DNA of 32,000 nt from Candidatus Kuenenia stuttgartensis (GTDB lineage Bacteria > Planctomycetota > Brocadiia > Brocadiales > Brocadiaceae), in the NCBI RefSeq assembly GCF_900232105.1, contig NZ_LT934425.1, forward strand, positions 3,000,001 through 3,032,000, written 5' to 3'. The notes under the pieces were generated by a model. The model saw only the letters and a program-made list of their open reading frames with translations. It was not told the DNA's origin and made no database searches. How positions within the stretch are numbered: the stretch's first letter is position 1; each line of letters opens with the position of its first letter. Positions 1-9,186 of this stretch are shown here, piece by piece. The position numbers and the translations under genes were made by a program.

Positions 1-496
1 GTATGTACTCGTAAAGTTTTATTGAAAGTTCATATTCGCCGGATTTTTCATAAGCCTCTGCCAGCAAAAATTTGCAATCGATAAAATCCCGATGGTTAAG
101 GTGGAGGAAGAAGTCCGTATCAGGGGAAGTATTTAGCAAATACTCATATTTCTCAATAGCGCTACTTGTGTACCCATTGAGAAGGTCGGAAAAAATAATA
201 CGAATTTCCATGCTGATTTTTTCTGATTTAGTGGAGGATGTTTTGGGCTTTGCGTCCCGAACGGTGTTCTGTTTGTTTTGGGAATGTTTGTGAAGCGTAT
301 CATATTGTTTGCGGGAATGAGTATCGGAAAGAGTTTTATACGCCTGAATAATAATTTTTGTTTTTGATTCCGCCCATTTTTTGTTTGAGCCATTTATATC
401 GGGATGGAATTTTTTAATCAGGGTTCTGAATGAGCGTTTTATTTCTTCAGCGCTTACTTCTTCATGCACTTCCAGGATATTGTAATAATTTACCAT
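1..496 (-). CDS. DnaJ-domain (J-domain) protein, C-terminus beyond the window edge
   Basis: Hand translation of the reverse complement from ATG at 496: MVNYYNILEVHEEVSAEEIKRSFRTLIKKFHPDINGSNKKWAESKTKIIIQAYKTLSDTHSRKQYDTL. It has the HPD motif and the J-domain helix pattern. Open to the window edge, so absent from the ORF track. Confidence 0.85.
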   Translation of the reverse strand, partial: MVNYYNILEVHEEVSAEEIKRSFRTLIKKFHPDINGSNKKWAESKTKIIIQAYKTLSDTHSRKQYDTLHKHSQNKQNTVRDAKPKTSSTKSEKISMEIRIIFSDLLNGYTSSAIEKYEYLLNTSPDTDFFLHLNHRDFIDCKFLLAEAYEKSGEYELSIKLYEYI

Positions 497-636
497 GACA
501 AAACTACGAATTTTTAAAAATAAAATAAAATCATATGTCGTTTAAACGAATCTTGAGATGTTCGCGTAATTAAATATGATCGGAGAGACACTTTAAATAT
601 ACATTAATAACATTTTCTCTTCTAAAACAGAAGGAA

Positions 637-665
637 ATGCTAACAGCAATTTTATCAGTTGTCAA
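637..665 (-). promoter_or_regulatory. Candidate sigma70-like promoter for the DnaJ-domain gene (TTGACA-N17-TAGCAT)
   Basis: The minus strand reads TTGACA (665..660), a 17 nt spacer, then TAGCAT (642..637), upstream of the start at 496. Confidence 0.4.
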
Positions 666-689
666 CAAATTTGATTTCTTTTGAGGAAG

Positions 690-1952
690 TTATTCATACC
701 GTAGGGTTTCAACGGGATCTAGCCTTGCCGCCCTTATAGCGGGATATATGCTAAAAATCACACTGCTGAGTATTGCGATGAATATAGTAATCATAATGCT
801 TGCCGGTTTGATGACAGTAGGTATCTGGTCAAAGTAATATACTTCAGGTGGGAATGGCCTCCAGCCTGTCATATTATATAATATGCTTTCCAGCCAATTA
901 ATACGCAAGACAACGGAAAATCCTATAGCAGCTCCCACGCAGGATCCAATGCTGCCAATGAATAGTCCGTTCAATAGAAAAATGGACATAATACCTTGTG
1001 TGGTAGCTCCTAATGCTTTTAGTATGCCAATGTCTTTGGATTTTTCCAATACAATCATCGTCAGAATTGCCAATATATTAAAGCCTGCAACAACGATGAT
1101 AAAAAAGAGTATAAATGCCATTACACGCCTTTCTAGCATTACAGCGGTCAAAAATGTCCTCCTGGCATCCTCCCATGTTTGCACATAATATTCAAAGCCC
1201 AATGAAGATTGCAACTTGTCACGCACTTCATTTGCATAGCGGTAATCATGAAGTTTTACGCTTATTCCGGATACGGCGTCCCTTTCTTTTATACCCGTCA
1301 ATTCTTGTGCAGCAGCAAGAGGAATATACACATAATTCTTGTCGTAATCGTACATTCCCGATTTAAATGTTCCTTCAATAACAAATGCTTTTACACTGAT
1401 TTTGTCCCAGTTTTTTAACGTAACCAGCACTATTTGCTCGCCTTCCTGCACAAAACTTATTGGGTCTGTTTCCGGGTCACCCGGACTAACCCTCAGTAGT
1501 TCTATACCACAAAATGCGCTAGCGGTTTGGTTTTCTCCATGAGTTTTTTGTAAATCTTCAGGTTCTTTCCTGAAAGGGGATAAAAAAGCCTTAAAATCGC
1601 CAACGGTTGCCTCTTCAACGGGATTAATTCCTTTAAAATATACAAATTCCTTTCTTCCACGTATTTTTATAAGAGCAGGCCCTTCGACAAAGGGAGCACA
1701 GGAAGATACATGTTCGGTTGCTTTTACTTTCTCCATCACCTGTGTATAATTTTCAAGGCCATACATGCCTCCTTTTGTAATGATAATGTGTGTTAACGTT
1801 CCTCTTATTCTGCTACGTAATTCCTGATCGAACCCATTCATAACAGAAAGGACAACAATTAATGTCATAACGCCTACTGCAACACCGGCTACTGCAAAAA
1901 AAGAAATTTTCCTGCTGCGTAAATAACGGAGGGTAATAAAGAATTTGTACAT
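690..1952 (-). CDS. FtsX-family lipoprotein-releasing ABC transporter permease (LolC/LolE type)
   Basis: 420 aa. N-terminus MYKFFITLRYLRSRKISFFAVAGVAVGVMTLIVVLSVMNGF and C-terminal IGILKALGATTQGIMSIFLLNGLFIGSIG...SIYPAIRAARLDPVETLRYE are characteristic of LolC/E. Confidence 0.9.
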   Translation of the reverse strand: MYKFFITLRYLRSRKISFFAVAGVAVGVMTLIVVLSVMNGFDQELRSRIRGTLTHIIITKGGMYGLENYTQVMEKVKATEHVSSCAPFVEGPALIKIRGRKEFVYFKGINPVEEATVGDFKAFLSPFRKEPEDLQKTHGENQTASAFCGIELLRVSPGDPETDPISFVQEGEQIVLVTLKNWDKISVKAFVIEGTFKSGMYDYDKNYVYIPLAAAQELTGIKERDAVSGISVKLHDYRYANEVRDKLQSSLGFEYYVQTWEDARRTFLTAVMLERRVMAFILFFIIVVAGFNILAILTMIVLEKSKDIGILKALGATTQGIMSIFLLNGLFIGSIGSCVGAAIGFSVVLRINWLESILYNMTGWRPFPPEVYYFDQIPTVIKPASIMITIFIAILSSVIFSIYPAIRAARLDPVETLRYE

Positions 1953-2065
1953 TATAACTTTGAATTCGAATTGTTATTTAAAATGATTATGTATATAATC
2001 CTGAAATTCTAGCACAATTAAATTGCATTAAGCAATTAATAATTTATCATTACCGGAGGCGTTGA

Positions 2066-3211
2066 ATGTTATATTTTAAAACAGCAGGAGAATCTCATGG
2101 AAAATGCATGGTTTCTGTTTTGGAAGGTTTCCCGGCGGGTATTTTTCTTGATAAAGAATTGATAGATAGAGAATTAAGGCGCAGACAAGGAGGCGTTGGC
2201 AGAGGTGGAAGAATGAAAATAGAAGCAGATTGTGTGGAAATTCTTTCAGGGGTAAGAAATAATATCACGTTGGGCAGCCCTATTTGTTTAATGATAAAAA
2301 ACAGCGATTATAAGATTGATGCGCTTCCAGTTGTTACACGACCGCGCCCTGGTCATGCGGATTTGGCAGGCGTAATAAAATATGGACATAAAGATGCAAG
2401 GAATATATTGGAGCGTGCGAGCGCAAGGGAAACTGCCGCAAGGGTAGCAGTTGGCGCTGTGTGTAAAATATTGCTTTCGCATTTTGGGATAAAGGTTTTT
2501 GGTTATGTCAAAGGTATCGGAGGAATCAATTCTGAAAAACAATTAGAAGATACTATAGAGACGGCGGTCAAAATCCGTGATGATAGCGCAATATATTGCA
2601 TTGATCGTGAAATCGAAAGTAAAATTGTTGAAAAGATAAAACGGGCGGTTGAAATGAGTGACTCACTTGGCGGAATAATAGAGGTGGTGGCAAATGGTTT
2701 ACCAATCGGGATTGGGAATCATACGCAGTGGGATTTGAAATTGGATGCAAGACTTGCTTTTGCAATTATGTCTGTTCAGGCGATTAAAGCGGTTGAAATC
2801 GGTACTGGTTTTGACATTGCAAACAAATTTGGATCGGAAGCGCATGATGAAATATTTTATGGGTATCCGAAGCAAAAAAAGACATTAACCGGAGGTTTTG
2901 AAAGGAGGACAAATAATGCGGGGGGGATAGAAGGTGGGATAAGCAACGGAGAGCCTATTGTTGTGAGGGCGTATATGAAACCTATCCCAACATTAAAAAA
3001 GTCTTTAAGGTCTGTTGATTTACTGACAAAGGAACCGGTAGCCGCTTCATATGAGAGATCAGATATTTGTGCGGTTCCTGCCGCGTCTGTTGTTTGTGAA
3101 GCAATGATAGCTTTTGAAATAGCCAGGGCTTTTACGGAGAAGTTTGGAGGCGATAGCATTGGTGAAATGAAAAGAAATTACGAAAGCTATATTGAAAATA
3201 TCTTACAATAA
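2066..3211 (+). CDS. aroC: Chorismate synthase
   Basis: 381 aa: GESHGKCMVSVLEGFPAG, RRQGGVGRGGRMKIE, RASARETAARVAVGAV, GGIEGGISNGEPI. GGAGG-like Shine-Dalgarno upstream. Confidence 0.97.
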   Translation: MLYFKTAGESHGKCMVSVLEGFPAGIFLDKELIDRELRRRQGGVGRGGRMKIEADCVEILSGVRNNITLGSPICLMIKNSDYKIDALPVVTRPRPGHADLAGVIKYGHKDARNILERASARETAARVAVGAVCKILLSHFGIKVFGYVKGIGGINSEKQLEDTIETAVKIRDDSAIYCIDREIESKIVEKIKRAVEMSDSLGGIIEVVANGLPIGIGNHTQWDLKLDARLAFAIMSVQAIKAVEIGTGFDIANKFGSEAHDEIFYGYPKQKKTLTGGFERRTNNAGGIEGGISNGEPIVVRAYMKPIPTLKKSLRSVDLLTKEPVAASYERSDICAVPAASVVCEAMIAFEIARAFTEKFGGDSIGEMKRNYESYIENILQ

Positions 3212-3614
3212 CATGTTTTTAAAAAGTCATTTAGCGTTGACTTTAAAATAGTTATCGACGAGTTCTCGTTGAAACATGGGTGTGGGAAAAGCATTGATGT
3301 TGAAACGAAGGAATCGCTGACATTGCAGATGTTTTATTGCAAAAGTGCCTTTTTGCCCCGTTGTATTTTTGCAAAGGGTTCAGGGTCGCTTGTCTTTTGT
3401 GGGCGCAAAAGTATTGAAACGTCTTAAGTTCATGTCCTGCCTGATGTATGATTTTCAAAATATTTTCTGCTGCGTTTTTTTGACAAAACTATTTATCATT
3501 TGGACATCTACCTCATTTAGTAAAAAATTATTAAAAACTTTTAAAACAAATTGGCATAAGTATAAATTTTGCTTGAATAATGTTAATGTTTTGATATCAT
3601 CGAAATTTCGCTGT

Positions 3615-3686
3615 GCTAGCGTAGCTCAATGGCGGAGCAGCGGTTTTGTAAACCGCAGGTTGTGGGTTCGAGTCCCACCGCTAGCT
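3615..3686 (+). tRNA. tRNA-Thr(TGT)
   Basis: Acceptor GCTAGCG/CGCTAGC, D-arm TAGCTCAATGGCGGAGCA, anticodon arm GCGGT-TTTGTAA-ACCGC, T-arm GTGGGTTCGAGTCCCAC. Confidence 0.95.
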
Positions 3687-3808
3687 TTGTAATTTATTAT
3701 TTTTTAATAACTAAAAGATTTTATTGTAATTAAGGTTATTGGACGTATAATCTGTGCCGAATGAATTTTGTTTGGAAAAACATTAAAGTAAGATGTTCGA
3801 CCGCAAAA

Positions 3809-3893
3809 GGGTGGATACCCGAGTGGCCAAAGGGGACAGACTGTAAATCTGTTGGCATAGCCTTCGGAGGTTCGAATCCTCCTCCACCCACCA
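3809..3893 (+). tRNA. tRNA-Tyr(GTA), class II, CCA encoded
   Basis: GGGTGGA/TCCACCC acceptor, anticodon loop CTGTAAA, long variable arm, GGAGGTTCGAATCCTCC T-arm, ends ACCA. Confidence 0.95.
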
Positions 3894-4272
3894 TCTTATA
3901 TTTATGTCTGAAGAAAACTAAAACAATGCCACTTACCAGAACAAAAACAGGAAAACAATTACGAGGTCTCTCTGGAACGGAAAACAAAATCTTGCTGTTT
4001 GCATTTCTCTCTTTGGTATTGAAATTTTAAATAGTGACGTAGTTTGTATGCTATATTGTAGGGGTTCACAAATAGAGATTTCTAGATTAGATTTAACTTT
4101 TGTTAACATAAATAGTTATAGCATTTCTGAAATCACATTTTGTGAACTTCTTGAGTATATTTAAAGGTGTAGCAATAGATGATTTCTGAATGACCTTCCA
4201 AAAGTTAAAAATTTTAGTCAGCAAAGTAATCACGCAATATCATTTTGAGTTTTTGCATAGTCTTAATAAATG

Positions 4273-4397
4273 TAACTATTCAGCATAAACGATACACGGC
4301 TCGTTCCCAAACCTTGTACTGAACATAGTGAAGTATCTGTTTGGGAACGAGTTGCGCTCTGATCTCCGGTAGTTTAATAAATTACGCTGAATAGTTA
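4273..4397. repeat. Nested inverted-repeat element (MITE/REP-like), ~125 bp
   Basis: Outer inverted repeat TAACTATTCAGC (4273-4284) / GCTGAATAGTTA (4386-4397). Inner perfect 13 bp inverted repeat CTCGTTCCCAAAC (4300-4312) / GTTTGGGAACGAG (4339-4351). Confidence 0.65.
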
Positions 4398-4608
4398 TCG
4401 CTGAATTGTCTGCGAACCTTTTTTTATTGACGGACAGACATTTTCTTGGGGTTGTTGGGGAGGGAAACTAAAAAGAGGTTCTTCTGGAACATATTGCCAT
4501 ATTGGCTTGACAGCAAAATATTCGTTTTTTTTGAATAATATCTAGGTTTCGCAAACTATCTTGGTTTTTGATGTCTTTTGAAAAAATGTCATAAATGATG
4601 CTTTGTTT

Positions 4609-4679
4609 GCGGGCGTAGCTCAATGGTAGAGCCCTAGCCTTCCAAGCTAGTCATGTGGGTTCGATTCCCATCGCCCGCT
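4609..4679 (+). tRNA. tRNA-Gly(TCC)
   Basis: GCGGGCG/CGCCCGC acceptor, anticodon loop with TCC, T-arm GTGGGTTCGATTCCCAT. Confidence 0.93.
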
Positions 4680-4680
4680 T

Positions 4681-4708
4681 TTGAAAAATTCGTATAAAAT
4701 TTTATAAT
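4681..4708 (+). promoter_or_regulatory. Candidate promoter TTGAAA-N16-TATAAT
   Basis: Consensus -10 TATAAT (4703-4708) and TTGAAA (4681-4686) immediately after tRNA-Gly. The region is AT-rich, so a chance match is possible. Confidence 0.35.
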
Positions 4709-4987
4709 TATCGAGAAAGTCTTTCGTTCAACATGGTACGTATAATATCGTATACGTTGCATTATTAATGTATGTTGTAATTCTTCAGCGGCACTAAGTT
4801 TAATCTTGCCATGTTTAAGTATGCAAGGGTTTAAAATGTAAAAAGTTTTACTTTTGCAATATTTCCTAATCAATGTAAATCATTTCAGACGGAAGTATTT
4901 TTGCCGAACAATTTGGATGCAATTGATGTTTTGATATTACTTAATTTTGGATTGCTTAGATAATTTGTGGGTTTCGGCTTATTTTGT

Positions 4988-5015
4988 TTGACATTTATAT
5001 TTTTTTTGTTATATT
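4988..5015 (+). promoter_or_regulatory. Candidate promoter TTGACA-N16-TATATT upstream of tRNA-Thr(GGT)-tuf
   Basis: TTGACA at 4988-4993 and TATATT at 5010-5015, about 80 nt before the tRNA. Confidence 0.45.
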
Positions 5016-5096
5016 TGATAAATTCTGGCTTTTTTGAAAAAGTATGTATAGTTTAAATATAACGGTATCTATAGTTTTGTTGAATAATGAGCAATT

Positions 5097-5168
5097 GCTG
5101 CTGTAGCTCAGTGGTGGAGCACGTCCTTGGTAAGGACGAGGTCATGGGTTCAAATCCCATCAGCAGCT
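5097..5168 (+). tRNA. tRNA-Thr(GGT)
   Basis: GCTGCTG/CAGCAGC acceptor, anticodon arm CGTCC-TTGGTAA-GGACG, T-arm ATGGGTTCAAATCCCAT. Confidence 0.93.
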
Positions 5169-5314
5169 CCAGATAAAATGCAGGCAGCGCTTGCGTTTGA
5201 TATGCAGTGTCGTGGTCTTTGCTAGTTTGTGGATATGTGTAGTGGGAGTTTTTAAGGAAATATATTTTGGGCAATTATATAATGGTGAAAATATTAAGAT
5301 AAAAGGGGTAGCGC

Positions 5315-6517
5315 ATGGCTAAAGAAGTATTTCAGCGAACAAAGCCGCATTTAAACATAGGTACGATAGGGCATGTGGATCATGGTAAGACAACGCTGAC
5401 GTCAGTAATAACGCATGTATTGTCGAAGCAGGGGTTGGCGAAGGATAGGCCGTTTGATTCAATTGACAAGGCTCCTGAAGAGCGCGAACGAGGTATAACG
5501 ATAGCGATATCGCATGTGGAGTATGAGACGAAGAAGAGGCATTACGCGCATGTGGACTGTCCTGGACATGCAGATTATGTAAAGAATATGATAACAGGTG
5601 CGGCGCAGATGGATGGAGCGATATTGGTTGTAAGTGCGCCGGATGGTCCGATGCCGCAGACCCGCGAGCATATATTGTTGTCAAGGCAGGTGGGAGTTCC
5701 CAGGATTGTGGTGTTCCTGAATAAGGTGGATATGTTAGAGGATCAGGAGCTGTTGGAACTTGTAGAGATGGAAATAAGGGAGCTATTGAGTAAATATGAT
5801 TTTCCTGGGGATGAGATACCTGTAGTGAAGGGTTCTGCGCTGAAGGCGGCACAGTGTGGATGTGGAGGTGCTGAATGTGCGAGTTGTGGTCCGATATTGA
5901 AACTAATGGATGCGGTGGATACTTACATCCCCGATCCTGTAAGGGAAATAGATAAGCCGTTTTTGATGTCCGTGGAAGATGTGTTTAGCATAAAAGGGCG
6001 TGGTACAGTTGGAACAGGCAGGGTTGAGAAGGGTAGAGTGAAGGTAGGAGATGAAGTAGATGTTGTTGGGATTAAGCCGGATATAAAGAAGTCTGTGGTT
6101 ACTGGTGTGGAAATGTTTAACAAAACGTTGGATGAGGGACAGGCAGGGGATAACCTGGGATTGTTGCTGCGGGGGGTGGAGAAGAATGATCTGGAGCGTG
6201 GTCAGGTGTTAGCGAAACCCGGCAGTATAACGCCGCATACTAAATACGAAGCGGAGGTGTATATATTGACTAAGGAAGAGGGAGGAAGGCATACTCCCTT
6301 TTTTAATGGATATAGACCACAGTTTTATTTTAGGACGACTGACGTGACCGGGGTGGTAACTTTGACAGGCGGTGCGGAGATGGTGATGCCTGGAGATAAC
6401 GTGAAGATCAATGTAGCATTGGTAACGCCGATAGCTATGGATGAGGGGCTGCGGTTTGCAATTCGGGAAGGTGGGAAGACAGTGGGTGCAGGTGTCGTTA
6501 CAAAAATTGTTGAATAA
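5315..6517 (+). CDS. tuf: Elongation factor Tu (copy 1)
   Basis: 400 aa: [62 protein letters not shown]. Confidence 0.99.
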   Translation: MAKEVFQRTKPHLNIGTIGHVDHGKTTLTSVITHVLSKQGLAKDRPFDSIDKAPEERERGITIAISHVEYETKKRHYAHVDCPGHADYVKNMITGAAQMDGAILVVSAPDGPMPQTREHILLSRQVGVPRIVVFLNKVDMLEDQELLELVEMEIRELLSKYDFPGDEIPVVKGSALKAAQCGCGGAECASCGPILKLMDAVDTYIPDPVREIDKPFLMSVEDVFSIKGRGTVGTGRVEKGRVKVGDEVDVVGIKPDIKKSVVTGVEMFNKTLDEGQAGDNLGLLLRGVEKNDLERGQVLAKPGSITPHTKYEAEVYILTKEEGGRHTPFFNGYRPQFYFRTTDVTGVVTLTGGAEMVMPGDNVKINVALVTPIAMDEGLRFAIREGGKTVGAGVVTKIVE

Positions 6518-6546
6518 ATTATAATGTGGTTTTGAGGGTTTGTTGA

Positions 6547-6696
6547 TGCGAGAGTATATTACCCTGGTTTGTCGTGAATGTTCCAACAGGAACTACAGAA
6601 CGCCTAAAAAGGCAAAGCAGGCGGAAAAGTTGGAATTGAAGAAATTTTGTAAGAACTGTGGAAGGCATGTGTTCCACAAAGAATATAAAAAGTAGT
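6547..6696 (+). CDS. rpmG: 50S ribosomal protein L33 (zinc-type)
   Basis: Hand translation, 49 aa: MREYITLVCRECSNRNYRTPKKAKQAEKLELKKFCKNCGRHVFHKEYKK. Two CxxC motifs; position between tuf and tRNA-Trp/secE is typical. Confidence 0.95.
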
Positions 6697-6721
6697 TTTC
6701 TGTGTGTTTGGGTGTAACTAA

Positions 6722-6798
6722 AGGTCTGTAGCTCTAATTGGTAGAGCACTGGACTCCAAATCCGGGTGTTGGGGGTTCGAATCCCTCCAGACCTGCCA
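6722..6798 (+). tRNA. tRNA-Trp(CCA)
   Basis: AGGTCTG/CAGACCT acceptor, anticodon loop CTCCAAA, T-arm GGGGGTTCGAATCCCTC, encoded CCA. Confidence 0.95.
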
Positions 6799-6842
6799 TT
6801 TAATTATTTTCAATCTTAGATCAAGAGTAATAAGATAAGCTA

Positions 6843-7304
6843 ATGTCATTGTTTGTTATTCATAAGAAGGGCCAAGGATCTTATAGCAGGATAGTTGTTG
6901 GTATTGCGTTAGGGTTGCTAGCGTTGTTTGCTTCCATTTCGTTGTACAATGTCTTGATAGGATTGCCAAATATATTTGAAAATGCGAGGGTTCCCCTTGT
7001 AGATATTGAGCTTACATGGGGATTAATTTGTTCGGTTGCGCTTTTTGTTTTTCTGGGGTATCTGATTTGTATCTTGGTTGCTGGCTTTAAAACCGGGCTG
7101 AGGCCTATTGATGAAGGCGGAAAAAAAGCAGTAGAATTTTTAGTTGAAACTCAAAATGAACTTCAGAAAGTATCATGGCCTACAAGATATGAGTTGGTTG
7201 GCTCCACGATTGTTGTGATTATATCTGTGGTAATCATAGGATTTTTTATATTAGGTGTAGACTGGGTCGTCTCCTTCTTCATGGAGTATATTGGAGTACT
7301 ATAA
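6843..7304 (+). CDS. secE: Preprotein translocase subunit SecE, three predicted TM segments
   Basis: C-terminal VEFLVETQNELQKVSWPTRYELVGSTIVVIISVVIIGFFILGVDWVVSFFM is the SecE signature. Two extra N-terminal hydrophobic segments. Confidence 0.93.
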   Translation: MSLFVIHKKGQGSYSRIVVGIALGLLALFASISLYNVLIGLPNIFENARVPLVDIELTWGLICSVALFVFLGYLICILVAGFKTGLRPIDEGGKKAVEFLVETQNELQKVSWPTRYELVGSTIVVIISVVIIGFFILGVDWVVSFFMEYIGVL

Positions 7305-7434
7305 AGCCTGTGTGCTGATTGACGTACTTTTGATGGGTTTTTCGGCGCATTTTACTCATTCCTTGATTATACGCGATGCAATCGCATTGAATTTTAGACG
7401 TGAAATTTTTAGGTTTTTATAGGTTTATAAATAG

Positions 7435-7983
7435 ATGCCAAAGGAATGGTTTGTTTTGCGTGTGCAAAGCAATAGAGAAGATAAAGTCAGGGACAATTTA
7501 GTAGAGCGTATAAGAGCACAGGGTATGGAGAGCCTGATTACAAATGTACTGGTGCCGAGTGAGAAAATTTCTGAGGTTAAGGGTGGTAAGAAGAGGGTAT
7601 CTGACCGCAAAATATATCCAGGATACATAATGGTAGAGATTGAGGTAGACGAAAAAGGTCAAATTCCAAAGGAAGTTTGGTTTACGATTCGCGAAACTTC
7701 AGGCACAGGGGAATTTATTGGCGGCCAGAGTAAGCCTGTGCCTATGACCAAATATGAGGTTGAAAAACTTCTTTCTGATCTGGATCAGAAAGAAGAAAGG
7801 CCGCGTGCAAAGATCGAATTTAATGAAGGCGAGAAGGTACGAATAAAAGAAGGACCGTTTGAGAATTATGATGGAATAGTTGAAGAGGTTTTGCCTGCGA
7901 GTGGCCGCGTTAAGGTTATGCTTACCGTGTTCGGAAGGGCAACGCCAGTTGAATTAGAATATTGGCAAGTAGAGTCAATTTAA
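7435..7983 (+). CDS. nusG: Transcription termination/antitermination protein NusG
   Basis: MPKEWFVLRVQSNREDKV; IYPGYIMVEI; GEFIGG; KOW motif EGEKVRIKEGPFENYDGIVEEV. Confidence 0.97.
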   Translation: MPKEWFVLRVQSNREDKVRDNLVERIRAQGMESLITNVLVPSEKISEVKGGKKRVSDRKIYPGYIMVEIEVDEKGQIPKEVWFTIRETSGTGEFIGGQSKPVPMTKYEVEKLLSDLDQKEERPRAKIEFNEGEKVRIKEGPFENYDGIVEEVLPASGRVKVMLTVFGRATPVELEYWQVESI

Positions 7984-7998
7984 AGGTAGGAGAATGTA

Positions 7999-8424
7999 AT
8001 GGCAAAGGAGATTTTGGCTAAAATCAAGTTGCAGTGTCCGGCAGGGCAGGCAACCCCTGCACCTCCGGTTGGTCCGGCACTTGGGCAGCATGGAGTAAAT
8101 ATCGGGCAATTTGTGAAGCAGTTTAACGATAAAACGAAAGATTTGCAGGGAATTTTAACTCCTGCAGAGATTACTGTTTTTAAAGATAAAACGTTTACCT
8201 TTATAATTAAGTCTCCGCCTGCTTCTGTGCTATTAAAACAATCCGCAGGTATTGTTAAAGGTTCGCCAGAGCCAAATCGGCAGAAGGTTGGGCAAGTTAA
8301 CAAACAACAAATCAGGGAAATAGCAGCTAGAAAGTTGGCAGATTTAAATGTTAGTAATTTAGAAAGTGCAATGAGGATAATAGAAGGAACTGCTCATACT
8401 ATGGGGCTTAAAATTGTGGATTAG
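7999..8424 (+). CDS. rplK: 50S ribosomal protein L11
   Basis: [33 protein letters not shown]. Confidence 0.99.
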   Translation: MAKEILAKIKLQCPAGQATPAPPVGPALGQHGVNIGQFVKQFNDKTKDLQGILTPAEITVFKDKTFTFIIKSPPASVLLKQSAGIVKGSPEPNRQKVGQVNKQQIREIAARKLADLNVSNLESAMRIIEGTAHTMGLKIVD

Positions 8425-8470
8425 TGTATGAAAATGGGAGAAGTTGTGTTTAATCAGAAGGATTTATAAA

Positions 8471-9151
8471 ATGCTAAAAAGAAGTAAAAGATATTTAGAA
8501 TCTTTAAAACATATAGATATAAACAAAAAATACGAATTAGAGGATGCCTTAAAACATCTTAAATCTTTTAAGACTGCAAAGTTCGATGAAAGTGTCGAAG
8601 TCGTAATTAAGTTGGGTATCGATGCAAAACAATCAGACCAGCTTGTTAGAGGTGCTATATCTTTGCCGAAGGGTATTGGCAAAAGTTTAAAGGTGATAGT
8701 TTTTGCCGTTGGAGAAAAAGCAACTATTGCGAAAGATGCAGGAGCTGAAGAGGTTGGTGCTGAAGATCTGGTGAAAAAGGTTGAGGGGGGATGGGGGGAT
8801 TTTGACGTCGCAATTTCTACTCCGGATATGATGAGAATAGTTGGTAAATTAGGTAAAGTGTTAGGTCCTCAGGGTAAAATGCCGTCTCCCAAGTCGGGAA
8901 CTGTAACCGACGATGTAGAAACAGCTGTTAGGGAGTTTAAAGCAGGTAAAATTGAGTTTAGAAATGATGCTGGTGGAAATGTTCATGCAATTGCTGGAAA
9001 GCTGTCGTTTTCCGTTGCAGATCTTGCCGACAATATAAACACATTTATTAAACATATATTGAACTTGCGTCCATCGGCTGCAAAAGGGATGTATATAGAG
9101 AAGGTTTCACTTTCTTCGACGATGAGTCCTGGCGTAATGTTGCAAATTTAA
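8471..9151 (+). CDS. rplA: 50S ribosomal protein L1
   Basis: MLKRSKRYLESLKHIDINKKY...KLGKVLGPQGKMPSPKSGTVTDDVETAV. ATG at 8471 preferred over the upstream TTG at 8444. Confidence 0.97.
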   Translation: MLKRSKRYLESLKHIDINKKYELEDALKHLKSFKTAKFDESVEVVIKLGIDAKQSDQLVRGAISLPKGIGKSLKVIVFAVGEKATIAKDAGAEEVGAEDLVKKVEGGWGDFDVAISTPDMMRIVGKLGKVLGPQGKMPSPKSGTVTDDVETAVREFKAGKIEFRNDAGGNVHAIAGKLSFSVADLADNINTFIKHILNLRPSAAKGMYIEKVSLSSTMSPGVMLQI

Positions 9152-9186
9152 TTTTAAAATGTGTAGCTAAGGGAATAGACAGAACA

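Noticed and set aside
3345-3692. Plus-strand 115 aa ORF running into tRNA-Thr(TGT)
   Set aside because: It overlaps the tRNA and shows no domain signature. The opposing ORF 3252-3458 is equally unsupported.
3736-3987. Minus-strand ORF containing VGGGGFEPPKAMPTDLQSVPFGHSGIHP
   Set aside because: Antisense translation of tRNA-Tyr; the same class of artefact. The plus-strand ORF 3761-4030 across the same tRNA is rejected too.
4064-4147. Inverted 9-mers GTTCACAAA (4064-4072) / TTTGTGAAC (4139-4147) upstream of the nested repeat
   Set aside because: Short arms 66 nt apart in AT-rich DNA; plausibly chance, and not enough to call a second mobile element.
4634-4873. Minus-strand ORF ending KAGDGNRTHMTSLEG
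   Set aside because: Its C-terminus is antisense to tRNA-Gly, and there is no recognisable domain.
5053-5274. Minus-strand [13 protein letters not shown]...[19 protein letters not shown]
   Set aside because: It is antisense to tRNA-Thr(GGT). [19 protein letters not shown]-like peptides are a well-known annotation artefact from reading tRNA genes in reverse.
5319-5852. Long minus-strand ORF inside tuf, duplicated at 21196-21708
   Set aside because: It is a shadow ORF of highly biased tuf coding sequence. Its duplication is explained by the tuf duplication, and its composition (Ser/His/Pro-rich) is not protein-like.
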